64,000 nucleotides of DNA, from the NCBI GenBank assembly GCA_001949185.1, contig BDGG01000012.1, positions 1-64,000 of the forward strand, in the 5' to 3' direction. Below are positions 57,043 through 64,000 of this stretch, piece by piece; the first letter of the stretch is position 1; each line of letters opens with the position of its first letter. A program made the translations under genes and the position numbers. Under the pieces are notes generated by a model, which made no database searches, had not been told where the DNA came from, and worked only from the letters and a program-made list of their open reading frames with translations. This DNA is from Ramazzottius varieornatus. Taxonomy: Eukaryota; Animalia; Tardigrada.

Positions 57043-58892
57043 CTAAACAAACACTGAATTTTGGGTGAGGTCCGCAATCCTTGCCAGTAGCTTATTCCTA
57101 TCGGCTGGGCTGGAAGTGAATAGAGTCAGCCGTGCTATGTCTTGGTTCACGACTAGACGGTGAGACGACATCTTTTTGCATTTCCATGGGCGGTGGGAAG
57201 GGGGAATTTCTACGGTGGCTTCCGACAGTGGAATGCGGATGGACGGCTACAAACAACCAATCTGTGAGTTCCTCCCGCGTCGATGGTGCGGACCAAGTAC
57301 TTTTCTAAACTTATATAAGGTGCTTGCTAGTCTTACCAAGTTTGTTTGCTTGTAGACGATCTTCAGAATAGGTCCGGGAATCAGTTGAAGAGTCACAGGG
57401 CGTTTCCTGCGTGGCGGCAAGCAGCTGACCACGGACCAGGAGTCCATAATCTCGAGGGAAGCGTCCAGGGGTAACAAAACCAGACTCGGTACTCCGACTA
57501 TCAGTCAGCAATATTTTTCGAGGTACGAGTACGTTAACTTTTGTGGCTTGAACTACGAAATACCTATGGGAGTGACGGAGGCGAATCCTTCCCTTTCTTT
57601 CAGAATTCTCGCCACCTGATCAGTTAAGAAGCATTATAGCGGAAGCTAACGCCGTTAATCCGGAGAGAGCGAACAAGTAAGCCTTACCTCTTCCGCTTCC
57701 CGATGTAACCGAAGTTCGGACTTAGACAGGGGAGGTACTTCAATGGCAGGTTCCACGGTGGCCGGTGGGAGTATCGGCAGTGGGAGGGGTGGCGGTGACG
57801 AGAATGCGGGTACGCTAAGGTAGGATAACTCGGTCCTGTGCCATACATCTTCGTCCAAGTCCGTAGCACTTCCCTCTTCCCATGGTTCAGGCGGCCCTCT
57901 CCCTGTGTCAACCCACTCTTGAGAATGCAGGGGATAGCGCATACGCAGGCCTCCGCTTTCTACAGCCGTGCTTTCCCAGGGTAGTTCAGGCAAAGGTTCG
58001 GGATCCTAAAAAAAATACCTCCTTGAACTGATAAAGGGTTTTGTCGGATGGTCGACATAAGTTTTGTTTCATGGAGAACTAGAATCTGAGCACTAGGAGA
58101 TCGGGAAACGAAAGTACGAAACGTACAAGAATGTTATCACAAGTGACGCATGTTTCCGTTGTTATCGTTCAGCGGCGTGCGTCACTTGGGACGACGATCT
58201 TGTACGTTTCGTTGTGCCGGTCATTGAATTATTTCAATATCGCTTCAAAATCAAAACCCTAAAGTAGTACTGTAACCTTATCTGTGTAACCTTTGGTTCT
58301 GTCCGTAGTTCAGCCAGCGTGTCATATCTTTCGTTGTTCTCGTTCCCCGTGGCATATTTTGCTGATCGTTGGAGGAGGCTGAGCATAATGCTAGGTCGTT
58401 CAGGCTTCACGACGAAGTCCACGTCAGTCATTTCGGAAACCATATCCAGACCGACATGGCGACTGATGGATTCTGAGATACAATCCAGTTCTGCTGTAAT
58501 GGCGTCGTTCAACATGCTAGTTTGTCTTCCTGCCAGTATGGGTGCAGACAGGTCCAAGGCGGACCGGGAAGTGCCATATGGCACTTCCGATGCTTCAAAC
58601 TGGGCTGGGTCTTCACTGGAAACACGCACGCCGTGTGCTCTTAACCTCCATCCCGGGTCATCATCGAAATCGTCCAACAACGCTATCGCATGTTCTAAAC
58701 AATGTAATCGATGCCTGATGATCGGTCATAAAAAATAATTTGGATTGTACGAAATATTGCTGGCGTATGTTCACCTGGGTCGTGAACGGACATGTTTTTT
58801 AAGCTGCTTCCCTCTTCCCAGAATTTATTCCCAGCATTATCCAGGGCACCTAACGAAGACTTTTCTTGTACAGCTTCCACCATTTGTTCCAT
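57043..58892 (-). CDS. Unknown multi-exon protein
   Basis: Same-strand ORFs 58695-58892, 58234-58680, 57655-57993 and 57311-57511 are bounded by plausible GT/AG sites. No family recognised; ends uncertain. Confidence 0.5.
58097..58225. repeat. Palindromic element, intronic, with matched changes in both arms
   Basis: AAGTGACGCAT-N25-GTGCGTCACTT at 58141-58187. Confidence 0.85.
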
Positions 58893-59554
58893 AAAACTGT
58901 CGGCACACAGCAGATTCGGATTTTAGTATAGGAGATCTCTACTACCACGTGTGGTGAACCCGAGCCTCGCTCGAGGGCGCGCTACTCACAGTCTATGGCA
59001 ACAGCTATCTTGTCGAACACGATGTGCTTTTCTTTCAAGCAAACCATGTGAACGGAGGACAAGTTCTGCTGGCACAACGGGAAAATTCGAAGGAAGGACC
59101 GGAAGTGCCAGTCTTCGAAGAACCTGCGGACAGCGCCATCTGGGCTGCGTCTCCCATCACAAGGATGGACAGTCCTGTGGCCTAATGGTACGCACTATCA
59201 ATCAAAAGCACACCTGTTGATTGGGTTGATTCGTTTGCAGGAAACTTCAAAAGAGAACTGGTTTCAGTGGTGAGTGGTTTGTGAAATTGGCCATGCTTAA
59301 AAGATTAGTCAGTCATGTTTGCATTCCTCCGCGTCTGACTTTACAGCCTCCTTTACGACCGAGCTCTTTATGTCAGGACGACATTTACGAGAGAGAAGCG
59401 CTGGCCGTCAGGCTTGAGTGACAAACTGCTCCGCTTCACACTGCGCGCCGCTGTGCTTGACATTGGATCTAAGTAGTGCGAGTAAGTCTTCTCATTCTTC
59501 GTCATCTTTCCTCGTCTTACCTTGATCTTTTATTTGATGCATTTGTTAGGCAAG

Positions 59555-60178
59555 ATGGTAGCACAGCAGTCCTTCACAGAACAGCAGATCGCCGACTTCC
59601 AGGAAGCTTTCTCTTTGTTTGATAACAAAGGAGATGGACGGATCTTTGCTTCGCAGCTGGGAGAAGTGCTGCGCGCTTTAGGACAGAATCCCACCGAATC
59701 TGAAGTCAAGAAGTACCAGGCTCAGTACAAGTCCGACCAGAGGATTAGCTTCGATGTATTTCTCCCGATTTTTCACGAGATATCGAGGCTGAAGGAGCCG
59801 TATTCCCACGACGGTTTCGTTGAAGGTAAGTGCATATTTGTGTTGTTATTGTTTTGATTGAGATTCGCAGCCACGTTACTGCTGAAGTTGTTGTTGGTTA
59901 TTGCTACAACAAATCAATCAGATCGAAATTGAGTGGACAAAAGTTGCTCGTTCGTTGTTGATCGAGCTGACTGGTTGATTGTTGATTAATACACAGGTCT
60001 GCGTCACTTCGACACGGAAGGGAATGGCATGGTCAAAACCTCGGATCTTCGACACCTTCTGACGACTCTGGGTGATAAGCTGTCCGAGGATGAGTTCAAA
60101 GACTTGATTGCTGGGCAGGAGGACAGTAATGGATGCATAAATTACGAAGAGTTCATAAGGAACCTTATGAATTCTTGA
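59555..60178 (+). CDS. Mlc-c: Non-muscle myosin essential light chain (Mlc-c/MYL6-like)
   Basis: [37 protein letters not shown]...EG|[36 protein letters not shown]. Confidence 0.94.
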
Positions 60179-60645
60179 GGTGCTACAGCCTACAGTATAA
60201 GCAACTCGACGGACGAACCCTCTGCTTCCACAATCTACATACTTTACTTCCTGATCGCAGCTTCTGTTGTCACCATTCCTTTGAATCTTTTTCCTCTCGT
60301 TTCTTCCTTCTCTGAGCTACTTTGATGTATCTTTGTCCGTTCATTTGTCCCTGTATCCTGAATAATCGTTCCTGTTTTCGAAATTTCTTTTATTATTATG
60401 CGAACACGCCGCACAAATTGTCGAGTGCTGTTCCCTCTTAGATGTGCCTTTAGTAGACAGAATGTGTGCAGTGACCTCGACGGACGTCTCACGCGCCGTG
60501 AGAGTACAGTACGAAATCCAGAAACATCCTGTTCGATTTAATGTGTCGCGAGTTTCGTGAAGAGCGATAGACGAACAATAGAGCATACGAATAACCCAAA
60601 ATTCGAACTATCAAGGCGGATCATTGAGTGTCTTGTCTTTTTCGG

Positions 60646-60967
60646 TACGAGGTAAAGGTTGTAAACTTAGCCACCCCATACTGGGTTTGTAAAGTTAGCC
60701 ACGGCTGTGGCGCCTATTGCTTGATTGACTATTTGATTGTCAGTCTTGGCTGTTTAACATAAGATTTCAACGTTCTTTTAATTGCGGATCTCTTGGATTC
60801 TCTGGCTTCTCGTGTTGACTGTGCCTATTACCATTCGACAGCTCATTATTTTATCTTTCGATCTATCCTTAAAAGTTTGGGATTGAGTAGTAGAGAACAG
60901 GCGAACTTAGACGGCTAACTTTACAAACCCGGTATGGGGCGGCTAACTTCACAACCTTTCCCTCGTA
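60646..60967. mobile_element. Tc1/mariner-like MITE, copy 2 (uninterrupted)
   Basis: TA-CGAGG...CCTCG-TA with ~55-bp imperfect TIRs; highly similar to 1681-2179. Confidence 0.88.
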
Positions 60968-61037
60968 GTAGTAGACTGCGCTTTTCTGACCGGTCTGACA
61001 TTCTCTCATTAGTGGCGATCTCTACTTGCTCGCAACC

Positions 61038-61499
61038 ATGCCGGGATTAGCGGATGTCCTAGTCGGCAGCGTTCTCTTTCTGTTGGTCATGTTGGCGAAG
61101 ATGTACTATCGCCATTGTCAGAGGGAACTTCGCTCTCAAAGGGACAGATTGAGTAAAGAGTGCGACCGTATGGATGAGCTGTTGAACAAGCCTAGCTAGG
61201 TCTTCACGGAGGACCAGCTTCTGGATTTTCAGAACACATTCTCGAGGTTCGCCACCAGCAGCCGGGGTTTTTACTTCATCAAAAAAGACCAGCTTGCTGA
61301 GATACTTCGGATCTTTGGAGTGAACGCCGATACACTGCGTGCCACGAACTTGAACCGATACATGGAAAAGTTGAACTGCCGAAACGATGTGTCCTTTGAA
61401 GAGTTTATAGCAATTTTCTGTGACATTTATCTTGCACGTAGTCAGCCTTATTCTCACGAGGCAGTTTTGAAAGCCGTCGGGAAGTTTAAGCACTGGTAA
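61038..61499 (+). pseudogene. Diverged myosin light chain duplicate fused to an N-terminal hydrophobic anchor, with an in-frame TAG
   Basis: MPGLADVLVGSVLFLLVMLAKMYY...LNKPS*VFTEDQLLDFQNTFSRF..DQLAEILRIFGVN..VSFEEFIAIFCDI..QPYSHE aligns with the neighbouring light chain. TAG at 61197-61199. Confidence 0.72.
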
Positions 61500-61522
61500 G
61501 GTTGCCGCCATTCACCACAGTT

Positions 61523-61652
61523 GGGAGCTGGGCAAATAAAACAAAATGTAATCGTTTTATCTAGTGGCGCACATTTCTGTTGCAATTGGCTGACGGAGTG
61601 CGCCACTCAGGGCAGCGATCTTTGTATCAATACATTATGTCGCACAGCTCTC
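61523..61652. repeat. Palindromic element just downstream of a GTAAG donor-like site
   Basis: Core 61562-61608, N25; AGTT on both flanks. Confidence 0.88.
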
Positions 61653-61888
61653 AGTTCACTTTGTATCGTTCCACTTTGAATGTAGTTTGAATCTGAACCG
61701 AATCTGCGTATTTTTTTCTCCTTTGCTATTGATAAAGAGTAATAACTATCAGGAAGTAAATTGTCCGTAAGGCATAGCGTAAGCTAGATCACGTCTGGGA
61801 AGACATGCGCGGCAGTGAAACAGCGAGATTGAGCAACAATACCATCCATCCATCAACGGCTACTTCCCACCCACTACAAAAAACCTTC

Positions 61889-64000
61889 TCAGCTCAACCA
61901 GATCTTGTCCTTATTGTCTATGTGAGAAAGTCCCCGATGACCATGATCCAGAGTTCGTACACTCGGCGACCTCATCACCACACTCCGCGATCTCGGTCGA
62001 CTGCTACTTTGCATGACATGGTCCGGCGTCAGTGGCGCACTACTGTTCTGCCTGCTCAACCCCACTTCGCCATCCTCAAACCCTCCTTCAAAGTCCCCAC
62101 TGATGGTGTTATCACCCAGGTCGTACGGATCGAATCCACTGTTGGTGAACCCAGGGTCGTAGTTGGGGTCGTAGGCGTCGGCTTTCCTTCCAGCCAGGTT
62201 GTTGAAGATGTCTTCCAGGCGACGGCGTCGGTTCATGGCACCGCGACCTGCGTGCAGATTCTCCGCGCTGTCGAACATGTCCTTCTTCTCGAGTCCCTTG
62301 GTCTCGTCCATGGTGTTGAAGCTGACGACGTGATGAGCTTTAGCTGCCTTGACAGACTCTGCGCGGTGTTGTTCTCCGACAAGGTGAGCGATGGCCTTCT
62401 CCGCTTCCGGGTCGATCGTCTTGACAGGGTACTTCCTTCGGGTGACTCCACCGGCTTCCCGAGCTTTGGCGGCTGTGGTAAGTTCCTGGAAGCGCTTGCG
62501 GAAAGCCACGTCGAGGGTGCCGACCTTCTGGCGTCGACGCTTTTGCTTCTCCAAATGCGCTATAGTTTTTCGGAAACCTGAAAACAGCACCCAAAAACTG
62601 TCATTCAAATATTCGCGAAAAAAAGACAAAAGATGACGCGGAAAATAGTGCGGAAAATCATTAGAAGGCTCAAGGAATCGAAACTTTCGAGAGAATTACA
62701 CTGAAGAATGTCCCAGTGCATATTTGGAGTACTGATTTTGGGTCACGAAGTTTTGTACCTGGTGGTTGAAGGTCTTGGTCATCGCGGTAGTTATCTCCGG
62801 CATCATTCATGCCTTTCAAAGCTTGAAGGTTCCTGGCGATTTCTATGGCGTTCTGTTCAATCAGTTCCCTCTCCGTCGCCGGTTTTCCCCTCTTCTTGAA
62901 CCAATCGATCTCGGTAGCAGCCAAGATATGGGACAACGTCCCGAAACGATGGAGGATCATGGCGAACGACTGTATGACCAAGATCAAGAAGAAGAAGACC
63001 ACGAAGACAATACCGATGGGTTCCAGCTGCAAATACTCTTTCGTCACTTTCGGCTGTCCATTGATGATCGTCACGTTCAGCTTGACACCCAACGGCCAAT
63101 CGACATGCAAATGGTACTTGTTCAACTGCAGCAAGAAGACAATCAGGATGAAGAGGGCGTTAAAGATGAAATACATGAAGACCGATTTGTTCCTCAGTTC
63201 TTTCAGATCGTTGGCGATCCTGGCTTGTTGAGCCTTGTCTTCGTCCAGCGGGTACAAGTACTTCTTGATCAAGTCCACCCAGAAGGACTTTTCCTTCTCT
63301 TCCAGCACTTCCACGCGACTCTCATCCACTTGACCGAAACACTTGTCCTTCATCCAGAACTTGATTATGGATTCCTCCTGGTCAACTTCACCGTAGATAT
63401 GCGAGTTGTCAGGGATATTTTCGTAATCATCATTGACGCCCATCAGGTTGGCCATGTTCGGTGGAGGGAGGTTCAGTCCATCTCGCGGCGAAGGTAACCG
63501 AGTCGGTGGGTCGTTTTGTGCAATGTTGTTATACTGTGGGAACTGTTCGTTCATCAGCCTTTCGTTCGCCATCATCAGCCACTCTTCTTCCGGTGATCTT
63601 TTAGGCGTCATCAACTGGGCGACTTGGTTGGTCAGCTTCTCCAGTCCGTCTTCGATCCTCAGCAGTTCTTCCCGTTCCGAGCCGTCTTTCGGATGGGTAA
63701 ACATCATACATTTGAACAGGTTACCGCAGTTGAAGACCAGTCCACCTTCTTCCTCTTCGCTACTGTTGAAGTTCCTGAACATACCCAGTACGCCTTCTTG
63801 CTTCTTGTTTTTGCGCGCCTTCTCCGCTTCGGCTTTGTCCCGCGCCATCTCCTCTTTAGTCTTCTTGGTGGCCGTTTCACGTGTACCCCACGAGACCACG
63901 TTGAGGTTGCACAACGAGTAGATCATCAACAGTAGGTACATGGCGGGAATGGAGAGGAAGTACAGGAAGCCGTGGGCGATGCAGAAAAATTCTTGGGGAT
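61889..64000 (-). CDS. CHS: Chitin synthase, C-terminal part; the gene begins beyond the window end
   Basis: YLLLMIYSLCNLNVVSWGTRE, FWVDLIKKYLYPL, LKELRNKSVF, YLQLEPIG, MILHRFGTLSHILA; last exon ~62577-61889. Confidence 0.95.

Noticed and set aside
61059-61511. 150-aa minus-strand ORF
   Set aside because: The plus strand has clear light-chain homology, so this is its antisense frame.
61805-63935. Long plus-strand ORFs (258 aa, 243 aa, 162 aa)
   Set aside because: Antisense to chitin synthase exons.

Overview
Gene-dense eukaryotic DNA with short GT-AG introns, from a compact invertebrate genome. It is ecdysozoan-like (arthropod-type chitin synthase); a tardigrade-like genome is my guess and is not established. 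Genes in order: patched (5' part), a long S/P/R-rich protein with a possible CENP-T-type C-terminus, MZT1, PAXIP1/PTIP, staufen, SmG, POLD3, a domesticated double-BED hAT-derived gene, a CLK/SRPK-like kinase split by a decayed CRE-type retrotransposon, kinesin-13, a CAP-Gly+RING gene split by a solo LTR, IFT74, MRM2, a divergent eIF4E-family gene, AMMECR1, PYROXD1, an unknown gene, a myosin essential light chain plus a membrane-anchored duplicate with an in-frame stop, and the 3' end of chitin synthase. The most striking unexplained structure is a ~123-bp palindromic element found at about 20 loci, nearly all inside introns. It has a conserved AAGTGGCGCAC-N25-GTGCGCCACTT core in which the spacer length is held while its sequence drifts, and several copies have 4-bp target-site duplications. 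Several other MITEs, one nested in another, are also visible. Exon boundaries were read by eye and are approximate where stated.
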